From contig CBFGKH010000008.1 in NCBI GenBank assembly GCA_965649295.1, forward strand, positions 32,001 to 96,000: a stretch of 64,000 nt of DNA, given 5' to 3'. Shown here in pieces: positions 9,297 to 18,791 of the stretch (positions within the stretch are counted from its first letter, which is position 1; every line of letters starts with the position of its first letter). This stretch comes from a candidate division WOR-3 bacterium. GTDB lineage: Bacteria; Hydrothermota; Tepidihabitantia; Tepidihabitantales; Tepidihabitantaceae. Under the pieces are notes generated by a model. The model searched no databases. It had not been told where the DNA came from and saw only the letters and a list, made by a program, of their open reading frames with translations. Both the position numbers and the translations under genes were made by a program.

Positions 9297-10166
9297 ATGG
9301 TGCGCTGGCATTATAACTGTCCTCAGTGCGAGAAGCCGTGCACTGCCGAATGGGAGGAAATCGGCCTTCAGGCTCAGTGTCCGGTCTGCGGCAACGTCCA
9401 CTACCCACCCACTCCCCACGAAGACCGCTTTGCCTGGCTGGAAAGCGACAAGTGGACCCAGGAAATCGAAGAGGCGGTGCTGGCGATTCGCGGCACAATC
9501 TGCGCGGTGCCGGGTTGCTATCGCGAGCACGAAACCCTGGCCCACCGTATCCCGCTCTCCCGCGGCGGCCGCACTTCGGTTGACAACCTGATGCCCCTCT
9601 GCAACGCCCACGCCCAGTCGCGAGGCGAGCGTGACTGGGACGAGTGGCTGAACGAGGTAAAGCAGCAGGCACAGCCAAAATCCGAGTTCGAGATTACAAT
9701 CACTGCCCGCGACGACGGTGCGGCTGACGAGACCGCGCCCACCGCGGTTCCGGCCGGTTACACGCAGCCGATTCTGGCGATGACGGCCGAGCAGGCCCAA
9801 AGCCTGCTACCCGAAGACATCGGGCCAGAACCAAGACTACTGGTGACGATGCCTTTTCGCTACGGCTCAGCCAGCCGGCTCGAGCTCGACTACGACTGGC
9901 GAGCTGGTGCCAGCGGCACCTGCCGGCTCTATCTGCTGGCCTGGCCCCACGGCGAGCAACCCGAGGTCGCGTATCTGGGTGGACCAAAGTTTGCCGGCCT
10001 CTACGGCGTCAAGGAACACCTAGTTGTCGAGGGCGAGACCGGTTCAACCGTCATCGAGCTCTTCCTGCCGGAAAGCCCGAAAGGCCGCTGGTGTGCGGCT
10101 GTGGCCTTGATTGACGAGGGCTGCAAGTTCCGGCTCGGCGAGTTTGTGCTCGCGGCGACAACGTAG
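9297..10166 (+). CDS. zinc-ribbon plus HNH-like domain protein with uncharacterised C-terminal domain
   Basis: CPQC..CPVC; CAVPGC...HRIPLSRGGRTSVDNLMPLCNAH; GGAGGGG RBS before ATG 9297. Confidence 0.7.
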   Translation: MVRWHYNCPQCEKPCTAEWEEIGLQAQCPVCGNVHYPPTPHEDRFAWLESDKWTQEIEEAVLAIRGTICAVPGCYREHETLAHRIPLSRGGRTSVDNLMPLCNAHAQSRGERDWDEWLNEVKQQAQPKSEFEITITARDDGAADETAPTAVPAGYTQPILAMTAEQAQSLLPEDIGPEPRLLVTMPFRYGSASRLELDYDWRAGASGTCRLYLLAWPHGEQPEVAYLGGPKFAGLYGVKEHLVVEGETGSTVIELFLPESPKGRWCAAVALIDEGCKFRLGEFVLAATT

Positions 10167-10222
10167 GCCGAACTATCGCCTAGGACCATCGGTCAGCCGC
10201 AAAGAGCGGCTGTATCTTTTTG

Positions 10223-11479
10223 CTAGTCGCGGAACAGGGCGCGGACCTCAGGACCAATTATGTCTGCCGGCACTTCGGACTGATTGCCGGTGGCGAGGTC
10301 CTTGAGTGAATAGACCCCTCTGGCCAGCTCGTCCGGGCCGACGATAACACAGCAGGCCGCGTTGTCGGCATCAGCCGTCTTGAACTGCCGGGCCGGCTTG
10401 CGGGCATCGTAGTCAATCCGGCAGGGAATCCGTTCGGCCCGCAGCTTGTCGGCCAGGGCCCGGGCTGCCGGCAGCTCTTTCTCGGTCAGCCAGACAACAT
10501 AGCAGAGGTGGCGCCGCGGCCCGGCTGGTGCTGGTGGCAGGGCAAGCAGAGTCCGTTCGAGCCCCAACGCAAACCCGATGGCTGGCGTATCCGGCCCGCC
10601 AAACGAGCGCACAAGATAGTCATAGCGGCCGCCGCCACCAAGGCTGTCCTGAGCGCCGATTGCCGCCGAGGTGTACTCAAACGTGGTCCGGTTGTAGTAG
10701 TCAAGCCCGCGCACCAAGCGGTCGTCAAGGACAAACTGAAGGTTGCGGGCCATAAGCGCTGCCTGCACCGCCTGAAAATGGCCCGCGCAGTCCGGACAGA
10801 GAAACTGGCTCGGCCGCGGTGCCGGCGCGACGAGCTGCTGGCACGACTGGACCTTGCAGTCAAAGACCCGCATCGGGTTGGCATCGAGCCGAACCTGACA
10901 GTCTTCGCAAAGCTCGGCCCGCTTGTCAGCAAGGAAGGCGACAAGCTTCTCCCGATACTGGGGCCGGCAACTGGTGCAGCCAATCGAGTTAATCCGCGTC
11001 ACGATGCCGGTGATGCCGAGCAGGGAGAAGAACTCGGTGGCACAGTAGATGACCTCGGCATCGGTCTCGGGGCTCGCCTCGCCAATGGCCTCGACTCCGA
11101 GCTGGTGAAACTCCCGATACCGGCCTTTCTGTGGCCGGGAATAGCGAAAGTAGGAGCCGGTATAGCAAAGCCGACAGGGCAAGCGTAGGTTATTCTCCAA
11201 GATGGCCCGGACAACGCCCGGCGTGCCCTCAGGCCGCAGGGTCAGGTCCCGATCGCTGCGGTCGCGGAACCGGTACATCTCCTTGGTCACGACATCTGAG
11301 GTCTCGCCCGACGACTTGACAAAGACCTCGGTATGCTCAAAGGTCGGCGTAATTATCTCCTGAAAGCCGAACCGGCCGGCGACATGGCGGAATAGGTCCT
11401 CAGCCTGACGCAGCCTTACCGAATCCGGCGGTACAAAGTCAAGCGTGCCCTTGGGTCGGGTCTGTTTTGCCGCACTCAT
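10223..11479 (-). CDS. hisS: histidine--tRNA ligase
   Basis: RPKGTLDF, LRPEGT, RPQKGRYREFHQ, LVRGLDYY, GGGRYD. Confidence 0.97.
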   Translation of the reverse strand: MSAAKQTRPKGTLDFVPPDSVRLRQAEDLFRHVAGRFGFQEIITPTFEHTEVFVKSSGETSDVVTKEMYRFRDRSDRDLTLRPEGTPGVVRAILENNLRLPCRLCYTGSYFRYSRPQKGRYREFHQLGVEAIGEASPETDAEVIYCATEFFSLLGITGIVTRINSIGCTSCRPQYREKLVAFLADKRAELCEDCQVRLDANPMRVFDCKVQSCQQLVAPAPRPSQFLCPDCAGHFQAVQAALMARNLQFVLDDRLVRGLDYYNRTTFEYTSAAIGAQDSLGGGGRYDYLVRSFGGPDTPAIGFALGLERTLLALPPAPAGPRRHLCYVVWLTEKELPAARALADKLRAERIPCRIDYDARKPARQFKTADADNAACCVIVGPDELARGVYSLKDLATGNQSEVPADIIGPEVRALFRD

Positions 11480-11829
11480 CAGGGACGAAAGAGCTTGGTC
11501 GAAAGCTCAAACACGGTGAGCCCGAGCAGGATGCCGGTCAGATTGGCGAGCAGGTCAACGAGGCTGAAGTTCCGGTCCGGCAGCTCTTTCTGGACATACT
11601 CCAGCCCCACCGCGACCGGCACTGTCAGCAGCAAAGAGACAAACGGTGCCGCTGCTTGGGCCGCCACGCCCATCACCGTGAAAAGGGCGGTATGAATCAC
11701 TTTGTCATAGCCGCGCTGAATCACATCCGGCGGTCGGCGCAGCGGAACGGTCAGTAGCACGCCAGTGACGATAATCCAGAAGACTAAGAACAGCCAAGCC
11801 CGGAGTCGGTGGGCGCGCCGCACGTTCAA
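11479..11829 (-). CDS. VanZ family membrane protein
   Basis: DKVIH, EYVQ..LPDR.FS..DLLAN. Confidence 0.85.
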   Translation of the reverse strand: MNVRRAHRLRAWLFLVFWIIVTGVLLTVPLRRPPDVIQRGYDKVIHTALFTVMGVAAQAAAPFVSLLLTVPVAVGLEYVQKELPDRNFSLVDLLANLTGILLGLTVFELSTKLFRP

Positions 11830-12449
11830 GTCTCGCCGCGGATTATTTCTTTCACCCGCATCAGCCGGGTGAGGTCGCCGCGCTCAGCCTCAGCCAGCTT
11901 CAGGTTGATGAACTTGACCGTCTCCTCAATATTGGGAATGAGTACGAATTCGAGGGCATTGACCCGCCGCCGGGTGCGCTCGGTCTCATCGGCGAGCAGC
12001 TCCAGCGTCTTCTCCTTCTCGGCGAGTATCAGCAGTGAGTCAAGCAGCCGGTCAAGCTCTTCTAGGGCAAAGTCGAGTTCGCCAGAGGTGAAGTTGAAGC
12101 CATAGCAGCGAGTGTTACCCACCAGTTCTTTCGCAAATACCGGCACCCGGACATTCATCACCGGTCGGGTAGTAGCGTTGACCGTGACCCGCTTGGCCGG
12201 CAGCATCACTGCTGCCGCCAGCTCAGCCGGGCCGTAGGCAGCCCGGGCCAAGGCAAAACGGCCGAGAATGCGGGCCATATCTGCCTCAACTCGAGCCCGG
12301 TGCTCGCGAATCTCGGCCACCAAGGCCAGAATCCGGCGCAGCAGCTCTTCCTGCTTGTCCTTGAGCAGCTTGTGCCCGCGCCGGGCAATCGCCAAGCGCT
12401 TCTTCAGGCGCAGTAGCTGCATTCGGGTTGCGCCGACAGCTAGCTTCAT
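11826..12449 (-). CDS. atpD: V/A-type ATP synthase subunit D
   Basis: TRMQL..LKKRL..ARRGHKLLKDK; TRRRVNALE.VLIP. Confidence 0.93.
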   Translation of the reverse strand: MKLAVGATRMQLLRLKKRLAIARRGHKLLKDKQEELLRRILALVAEIREHRARVEADMARILGRFALARAAYGPAELAAAVMLPAKRVTVNATTRPVMNVRVPVFAKELVGNTRCYGFNFTSGELDFALEELDRLLDSLLILAEKEKTLELLADETERTRRRVNALEFVLIPNIEETVKFINLKLAEAERGDLTRLMRVKEIIRGET

Positions 12450-12458
12450 TGCGGCGTG

Positions 12459-12487
12459 ATTGTATCCCTGGCTGGGGGCTGAGTCAA
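12459..12487 (-). promoter_or_regulatory. sigma70-type promoter of atpD-vanZ-hisS (near-leaderless)
   Basis: TTGACT-N17-TACAAT-N9-ATG on minus strand, no SD. Confidence 0.6.
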
Positions 12488-12499
12488 ACTGACGTCTGA

Positions 12500-13858
12500 C
12501 TAGAGGATAAAGAGCCTGGTGCCGAGCAGCACCGCCGTGACCCGGCCGTGCAGAGTGCGACCGATGAACGGCGTGTTTTGGGACCGGGAACGGATTCGGT
12601 CAGCCGAATAGACCCAGCTCGCCCCAAGGTCAAGCACAACCAGGTCTGCCACTGCCCCCTCGCGGATGAGTCCTACCGGCAGGCCGAGAATCTGGGCCGG
12701 CGCGACCGTCAGCTTGGCGATGTAATCAGCAAGGCCGAGCTGCTCTGTCATTACCAGTTCCTCGTAGCCGAGGCTGAACGCTGTCTCCAAGCCGATCATG
12801 CCCGGTGGCGCGGCATCCCATTCTGCGTCCTTCTCGCCCGCAAGATGGGGTGCGTGGTCGGTAGCAATTACGTCAATTGTGCCATCACCAAGGCCCTTGA
12901 TGATCGCCCGGCGGTCGGCCTCAGTTCGCAACGGCGGGTTGACCTTGCAGTTTGTATCAAAGTCGGCAATCGCATCTTCAGTGAGCGTGAAGTAGTGCGG
13001 ACAGGTTTCGGCTGTGACCTGAATCCCCCGGTTCTTGGCCCAGCGGATAATCTCAACCGTCGTGGCCGCCGAGACATGGGCGATGTGGAGCCGGCCTTGG
13101 GTGGCTTCCGCCAGCATGATGTCCCGAGCGGCTTGGGCTGATTCGGCAACTGCCGGCACCGCCTTCAGCCCCAGCCGCGCGCAGACCCGACCCTCATTGG
13201 CAATCCCCTCGACGAGTTCGAGTAGCTCGCAATGGGAAATAATCGGCACATCGAACGCCTTGGCATACTCAAGGCAACGTCGCAGCAGTTGGGGATTGGC
13301 AACCGGTGCGCCGTCGTCCGAGAATGCGACCGCACCGGCAGCGTGCATCGTCCCCAGCTCAGCCAGTTCTTTTCCCTGCCTCGCCTTGGAGCAGCAGCCG
13401 ATGGGGTGAATTCGGGCCAGACCGGCCATCTCTCCCCGCTCAATCGCGAACCGTACCCAGGCAGCATCGTCAATCGGCGGCTCGGTGTTGGGCATCGGAC
13501 AGATGCGCGTAAAGCCACCTGCCAGCGCTGCTGCCGCGCCGGTGGCAATCGTCTCCTCATCCTCGCGGCCCGGCTCACGCAGATGGCAGTGCATGTCAAG
13601 GAAGCCGGGTGAAAGGTACTTGCCCGCGCAGTCGAGTTTCTCCCCTCCGTTCGCCTTCAGATTCAGCCCGACCGCCCGAATCTGGCCGTCCTCAACCAGC
13701 ACATCGGCACGCCGCGTCGTCCGGTCAACCGGGTCAATAACGGTGCCGCCAACGAGCAGCAACCGAGAGACCGCGCGCGGCCTGAGGCTCGTATTACTGG
13801 TGCCAGCGCTTGCCGCCGGCGATTTGGGCCCGGGCTTGGGAATTGACTGTCTAGTCAT
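12500..13858 (-). CDS. pyrC: dihydroorotase
   Basis: DMHCHLREPG, MPNTEP, KVNPPLR, IATDHAPH; start chosen at ATG overlapping pyrB end. Confidence 0.95.
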   Translation of the reverse strand: MTRQSIPKPGPKSPAASAGTSNTSLRPRAVSRLLLVGGTVIDPVDRTTRRADVLVEDGQIRAVGLNLKANGGEKLDCAGKYLSPGFLDMHCHLREPGREDEETIATGAAAALAGGFTRICPMPNTEPPIDDAAWVRFAIERGEMAGLARIHPIGCCSKARQGKELAELGTMHAAGAVAFSDDGAPVANPQLLRRCLEYAKAFDVPIISHCELLELVEGIANEGRVCARLGLKAVPAVAESAQAARDIMLAEATQGRLHIAHVSAATTVEIIRWAKNRGIQVTAETCPHYFTLTEDAIADFDTNCKVNPPLRTEADRRAIIKGLGDGTIDVIATDHAPHLAGEKDAEWDAAPPGMIGLETAFSLGYEELVMTEQLGLADYIAKLTVAPAQILGLPVGLIREGAVADLVVLDLGASWVYSADRIRSRSQNTPFIGRTLHGRVTAVLLGTRLFIL

Positions 13859-14795
13859 CTCGTTCCGGTTCTGACTGCTCGCCACCCGCCAAGAGGAAGA
13901 GCACCGCCATTCGCACTGCCACGCCGTTAGTCACCTGATTCATAATCAGCGCCTGCGGGTGGTCGGCCACCGCAAAGTCCATCTCCACACCCCAGTTGAC
14001 CGGGCCCGGATGGGTCACGACCACCTCTGGCCTCAGCCTTGCGAGACGCTCGGCAGTCAGACCATAAAGCTCGCGGTACTCACGCAGTGATGCCAACGTA
14101 CCGGCACCAATCCGCTCCTGCTGGATGCGCAGCATGTTGACAACATCAACCTCATAGAGAATTCGGTCGAGCCGGTAGAAAACCTCGCAGCCGAGACTCT
14201 CGCAATAAGGCGGAATCAGGGTTGGCGGACCGCAGACCGCCACGTGCGCCCCCAGCTTGCGAAAACAGTGGACGTTCGACCGGGCCACCCGCGAGTGGGC
14301 GATGTCGCCGACAATCAGTATCCGCCGGCCGCGCAACGTACCGAGCCGCTGCTGCAGCGTGAAGGCGTCGAGCAGAGCCTGGGTGGGATGTTCGTGAGCA
14401 CCGTCGCCGGCGTTGACCACAAAGGCGCGGATGTGGCGGGCGAGAAAGTGCGGCGCGCCGGCTGACGGATGGCGGACGATGATGCCGTCCACCCGCATTG
14501 CCTCAATATTACGGCAGGTATCGAGCAAAGTCTCGCCTTTGGCCACCGAGGAGGTGGCCTTGCTGAAGTTGACGACCTGAGCGCTCAGTCGGCTGGCAGC
14601 CAGGGTAAACGATGTGGCGGTGCGGGTTGAGGCCTCAAAGAAGAGATTGCAGAAGGTGCGGCCGCGCAAGGCCGGCACCACCGGTATCGGCCGGTCGAGC
14701 ACCGCCCTAAACACCCGGGCCTGATCGAGAATCGTCTCAATCTCGGAACGGTCAAGTCCTTCGATGCCAAGAAGGTGCCTTGACCGCAGTTTCAT
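13851..14795 (-). CDS. pyrB: aspartate carbamoyltransferase catalytic subunit
   Basis: FFEASTRT, NAGDGAHEHPTQALLD, HPGP. Confidence 0.97.
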   Translation of the reverse strand: MKLRSRHLLGIEGLDRSEIETILDQARVFRAVLDRPIPVVPALRGRTFCNLFFEASTRTATSFTLAASRLSAQVVNFSKATSSVAKGETLLDTCRNIEAMRVDGIIVRHPSAGAPHFLARHIRAFVVNAGDGAHEHPTQALLDAFTLQQRLGTLRGRRILIVGDIAHSRVARSNVHCFRKLGAHVAVCGPPTLIPPYCESLGCEVFYRLDRILYEVDVVNMLRIQQERIGAGTLASLREYRELYGLTAERLARLRPEVVVTHPGPVNWGVEMDFAVADHPQALIMNQVTNGVAVRMAVLFLLAGGEQSEPERDD

Positions 14796-15322
14796 TGTCG
14801 GGTGAGAAAAACGCCCTCGCGGCTGTCGGTCTCCATCAGATAGATGTCAACGATGTCGCCCGGCCTAGTCCGCAGTACTCGGCCGACATAGTCGGCCTGA
14901 ATCGGCAGCTCGCGATGGCCACGGTCAAAGAGCACGGCCAGCCGGATTGCCCGGGGCCGGCCAAAGTCCAGTAGTTCGCTCAGCGCCGCCCGCACTGTGC
15001 GGCCGGTATAGAGGACGTCGTCAACCAGCACCAGGGTCCGGCCGTTGATGTCAAAGTCAATCTCCGAACCGCGGACAATCGGAGTCTCCGCCACCAGTTG
15101 CAAATCATCACGATAGAGGGTGATATCAATGCTGCCGACCGGCACCTTGACCCGACGGTTACGGTTCATCCGTGCCGCAATCCGCTGGGCCAGCGGCACA
15201 CCGCGGCGCTTGATTCCAACCAGCGCAAGGTCTTGAATCTGGCGATTGGCCCGGCTTATCTCCTGGGCCAGCTTGGCAACTAGCTTGGTGATTTCCTGGT
15301 TGCCGGCGATGCGGCGCGTCAT
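14792..15322 (-). CDS. pyrR: bifunctional pyr operon regulator/uracil phosphoribosyltransferase
   Basis: DITLYRDDL, LVDDVLYTGRTVRAAL, DRGHRELPI.ADYVG. Confidence 0.96.
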   Translation of the reverse strand: MTRRIAGNQEITKLVAKLAQEISRANRQIQDLALVGIKRRGVPLAQRIAARMNRNRRVKVPVGSIDITLYRDDLQLVAETPIVRGSEIDFDINGRTLVLVDDVLYTGRTVRAALSELLDFGRPRAIRLAVLFDRGHRELPIQADYVGRVLRTRPGDIVDIYLMETDSREGVFLTRQ

Positions 15323-15546
15323 TTGACAAGCAGCGCGACCGGCACGATGACGCAGTAGCCGAGCACGAGCAGTATCGGCGCAAGCGTAATCGAGCCCCGG
15401 GCAAGGCTGATATAGCCGACACCGATTACGAGGATGCCCAGCCCGAGCAAAAGATAGTTCTTCTTCGTCAGAGCAATCATCGGTCGCGCCGGCTTCTTCG
15501 GTGCCTTCGGCTGGACCGGTTTCTGGGGCTTGCGGTCGGGTTTCAT
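15319..15546 (-). CDS. DUF3098-like small membrane protein
   Basis: KKNYLLL...TLAPILLVLGY; two TM segments; AAGGAG RBS. Confidence 0.75.
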   Translation of the reverse strand: MKPDRKPQKPVQPKAPKKPARPMIALTKKNYLLLGLGILVIGVGYISLARGSITLAPILLVLGYCVIVPVALLVK

Positions 15547-15594
15547 CGCTAACTGTGCTCCTTAGCGGTTATGTTAGCCCGCAGCAGGACAAAG

Positions 15595-16086
15595 TCAAGG
15601 AAGCGGGGCAGAACCCGCAGGCGGCGATGGGTTTTGAGGTTTGTCCTCCGCTGGGTCATCGAGCCGCAGCCGGTCGTCTGGTTGCTGCGGCGCAAAGCGC
15701 TGTTCAAGGTAGGCGATTATCGGGCTTGGGTCTTCGGGCAAGAGCAGATGGACCCCGCGAAAGTTGTTCAGGTAGGTCTTGTGCGCAAACGGTGAGAGCA
15801 CGATGCCGCCGGTTGTCCGATACCACTTCCGAAACTGCCCCCAGTCGTAGTGAGTGCGAAAGAGCCGCTTGTCAATATCAATACCCCCGTCGCTGAACCG
15901 CACCGTAATCGGCAGAAAATAGGCGTTGAGGGCAACAAAGAGAATCAGGGCTGCCAGCAACGCCAGCACCAGCCCGAAATAGACGAGCGAGAAACCAAGT
16001 AGCAGCACGATGAAGGCAACAACCGCAACCGTCTTACCCGGGTTCTCGCGGGCCCGGTGAACGCGCCAGATCAGTTCCGCCGGCAC
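15595..16086 (-). CDS. hypothetical membrane protein (2 TM plus PH-like beta domain)
   Basis: Two hydrophobic helices; coupled to upstream gene. Confidence 0.65.
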   Translation of the reverse strand: MPAELIWRVHRARENPGKTVAVVAFIVLLLGFSLVYFGLVLALLAALILFVALNAYFLPITVRFSDGGIDIDKRLFRTHYDWGQFRKWYRTTGGIVLSPFAHKTYLNNFRGVHLLLPEDPSPIIAYLEQRFAPQQPDDRLRLDDPAEDKPQNPSPPAGSAPLP

Positions 16087-17789
16087 TAGCGCAAGACTAC
16101 AACCTTGGCGGTGCGACCGGTCGCTGGCGAGACGAAGAAATAGACGCCGGGCCGTAGCCGCGATGCATTCGCAGTACGAGAAAACAGACGACCAGCGTCA
16201 GCCCAGCCAACCCAGCGGCCAATGGCATCAAAGACCACTGCTTGGTCAGTGCCAAGCTGGTGAGTAGTGCCTTGTTCGACCACTCCAGTCATTGTATCGC
16301 CAATGGCGAACGGCTGGGGCGTGATAGCGGTTGCGCTGTCGGTTGAACGCAGCAGCGTGTAACGGATGTAACAGTCCGGCGAAACCACACCCACAGGCAC
16401 CAGCCACTGAAACCGACCGCCGTCCGGCAGCGACTCGGCAATCACCGTCCACGGCCCGGAATCGCCGGTCGTTGAGAGCTCCAATCTAACCCAGGCCCCA
16501 GCCGTGTCCGGCCGGCTGCTCCACCAGTCAACGAACTGCACCGAGCCAGCGGCAAACTTCTCCCGGCCGCGCGGAAAGACCGGCCGGATAGAAAGAACAG
16601 TTGCGCTCGTGGTCTCGGCAAAGACGTGCAGCACATTGTTGTCACTAGGCCAGGAACCTTCACGGGTGACAAAAGCGATATCGGGCCGGCCGTTATGGTC
16701 AAAGTCCCAGCCAGTGACAAGAGCAGAGTAGGTACCCGGTGATGGTGTCGTGATCGTCGCCGCTTGGGTCCAGCTCGCACCGCCATTACCGAGCCAGACC
16801 GTGGTTGCGCCACCGCCCAGCGCCACGACATCGCCATAACCGTCGCCGTTCATGTCACAGATACGCGCCGCCCGCAGCGAGCCGGCGGTGGGCAAACCGG
16901 TCGAGATGTTCTGCCAGCGGCCCAAGCCCAGATTGTAGTCCCAGACCTCGATACCCCCGCTGGAAGTGGCATACACCACCTCGCAACAGCCATCATTGTC
17001 AATGTCACCGGCAGAAATCCCGTTCAGCCCATAATCTGACCGTGGCAGACCAGTGGAGCCATCAACAAAGTTGCCGGTGCCATCCCCCAAATAGACCGGT
17101 GGCCCGGCAGAACCAGCGACAATATCGGCATTGCCGTCGCCATTCACATCACAAAACCGAAACTCCATTGTGCTGTTGATACGGTTGCCAACCAGGCCGA
17201 AGGACTGGGTCCAGGTACCGTCCCGATTGTTCAGAAATACCCGCAGCCCCACCCCCGAACCGAACGAACATGAACCGATATCGAGGTCGCCGTCATTGTC
17301 AACGTCGGCAAAATCGGTCGTGAACATGCCCCAGACCGTTCCACCCGGTATTAGCCCATCATCCCAGGCGGTCCACATCCGACCAGTACCATCGCCCAGC
17401 GCAACCTCAAGCATATCGTCACCAAGGTCGCCCGACGCATAGTTGTGATGCATCCCATAACCGACATCCCAGCGCCCGTCCCAGTTCACATCACCCACGG
17501 CAATGCCGCCGTAGCCAAACTCACCGTATTGATAAATGCTCCAGTTGCCGCGGCCGTCACCAAACCAGACCATCACCCCGTGCTCATCGGTCCCGACGTA
17601 CGGGCTGCCATGGTCGCCAATGGAGAGAATATCAACGTTACCGTCGTTATTGATGTCGGCAAACTCAAGCTCGGTACGGCCGCCTTCCCAGTTCGGCGGA
17701 CGCAGACCATTGGGCCGCTCGGCATAGCCAAGCTGGCCAGAGCTGGCCCCAACAAGCAGGCAGAAGAGCAGAACTGAAACCAATCGCAC
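16086..17789 (-). CDS. secreted FG-GAP/VCBS repeat protein with T9SS-like C-terminal domain
   Basis: Signal peptide after GGAGG-GTG; repeated D.N.DG..D motifs; C-terminal FDAIGR...LRPGVYF...KVVVLR. Confidence 0.85.
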   Translation of the reverse strand: MRLVSVLLFCLLVGASSGQLGYAERPNGLRPPNWEGGRTELEFADINNDGNVDILSIGDHGSPYVGTDEHGVMVWFGDGRGNWSIYQYGEFGYGGIAVGDVNWDGRWDVGYGMHHNYASGDLGDDMLEVALGDGTGRMWTAWDDGLIPGGTVWGMFTTDFADVDNDGDLDIGSCSFGSGVGLRVFLNNRDGTWTQSFGLVGNRINSTMEFRFCDVNGDGNADIVAGSAGPPVYLGDGTGNFVDGSTGLPRSDYGLNGISAGDIDNDGCCEVVYATSSGGIEVWDYNLGLGRWQNISTGLPTAGSLRAARICDMNGDGYGDVVALGGGATTVWLGNGGASWTQAATITTPSPGTYSALVTGWDFDHNGRPDIAFVTREGSWPSDNNVLHVFAETTSATVLSIRPVFPRGREKFAAGSVQFVDWWSSRPDTAGAWVRLELSTTGDSGPWTVIAESLPDGGRFQWLVPVGVVSPDCYIRYTLLRSTDSATAITPQPFAIGDTMTGVVEQGTTHQLGTDQAVVFDAIGRWVGWADAGRLFSRTANASRLRPGVYFFVSPATGRTAKVVVLR

Positions 17790-17938
17790 ATGGCCTCCTG
17801 GTTGCCTGCCCATTATGCGCCAATGCGACCAACGTCGCAAGCCCGGAGCAAACCGCTCGCCGAAATCACTGCCAGTGCCCCCAGAATCTCAGCCTAGACC
17901 GATTGTGCAAGCAAGAAACGCTATCTCTGAGCGCTGGG

Positions 17939-18409
17939 CTATTCTGTTTCACCTTTCAGGTATTCAACCAGCGGAGTAATCTCATCCTGCCTCACCCGGT
18001 CGAAATCGGCGGCCTTCATCAACTTCATCACTGCCCGTTCGAGCAGGCTCAGCTTGCTGAGCACAAGCCGGCCAGGCAGGGCAAAGAAACGGATGTTACG
18101 CCGCACATCCTCGGGCACCGCCCGCTCAAAATCAGTGACTATCCGGCGGTCACCCGGTGGCCGGGCGGTCACCGCAAAGAAGGCCTGTCGCCTGCCAACC
18201 AGCCGCGGCGCCCACTCCTGCACCAGCCCAGCGATCTTCAGCCGTCCGGCATAGAACGGACAGCCGAACACCACGGCATCATAGGCGGCAAGGTCCAGCC
18301 CCTTTGCCTGCTTCAGCTCCGCAACATCAGCACCGATCGCGGCCCCAATCCACTCGGCATACTGCCGCGTGCTGCCGTACTTGGAGTAATAGACGACGAT
18401 TGCCTTCAC
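17939..18409 (-). CDS. flavodoxin domain protein (HemG/Flavodoxin_5-like)
   Basis: VYYSKYGSTRQYAEWI, YDAVVFGCPFYAG; AAGGAG RBS. Confidence 0.88.
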   Translation of the reverse strand: MKAIVVYYSKYGSTRQYAEWIGAAIGADVAELKQAKGLDLAAYDAVVFGCPFYAGRLKIAGLVQEWAPRLVGRRQAFFAVTARPPGDRRIVTDFERAVPEDVRRNIRFFALPGRLVLSKLSLLERAVMKLMKAADFDRVRQDEITPLVEYLKGETE

Positions 18410-18499
18410 GCTGCTCCTTTTTCACGCCAGTATGCCCGAACTAGCGATCCGAATCAACTACCTGTCGCGGCGCAAGCGCAGAAGGGTGGTATGTTGCCT

Positions 18500-18530
18500 T
18501 GGTACTTAAAGTCCGTGGACATAAATGCAG
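18500..18530 (+). promoter_or_regulatory. C-box-like operator upstream of XRE/C-protein gene
   Basis: GTACTTAAAGTCC-GT-GGACATAAATGC tandem dyads like RM controller operators; first 17 bp recur inverted at 19334-19350. Confidence 0.65.
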
Positions 18531-18550
18531 CAAAGCTGAACATATGGAAG

Positions 18551-18763
18551 ATGACCAGCATCCAACGTCGCTTCGGTAAGCGGCTGCGTGAGCTGCGGCA
18601 GCTGCGGAGACTCTCGCAAGAAGCGCTGTCGTTCGAGGCCGGACTTGACCGTTCCTACGTTGGGCAAGTCGAGCGTGGCGAGCGCAATATCTCCATTCAG
18701 AACATCGAGAAACTGGCCCGGGCGTTACGGGTAAAGATTGCAGAGTTATTCCGGGGCGTCTGA
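18551..18763 (+). CDS. XRE-family HTH regulator (RM controller C-protein-like)
   Basis: 70 aa: FGKRLRELR...SQEAL...GLDRSYVGQVERGERNISIQNIEKLARAL. Confidence 0.9.
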   Translation: MTSIQRRFGKRLRELRQLRRLSQEALSFEAGLDRSYVGQVERGERNISIQNIEKLARALRVKIAELFRGV

Positions 18764-18791
18764 TGGCGGAGCTGTTATCATCCCAGCGCCG

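Noticed and set aside
15322..15600. PyrR-binding attenuator upstream of pyrR
   Set aside because: pyrR overlaps the upstream gene, and I found no PyrR-binding loop or terminator/antiterminator by eye.
17903..18550. 286-aa ORF 17903-18763 as one protein
   Set aside because: The 5' part is the antisense shadow of the flavodoxin gene; only the last 70 aa (from ATG 18551) form the XRE protein.
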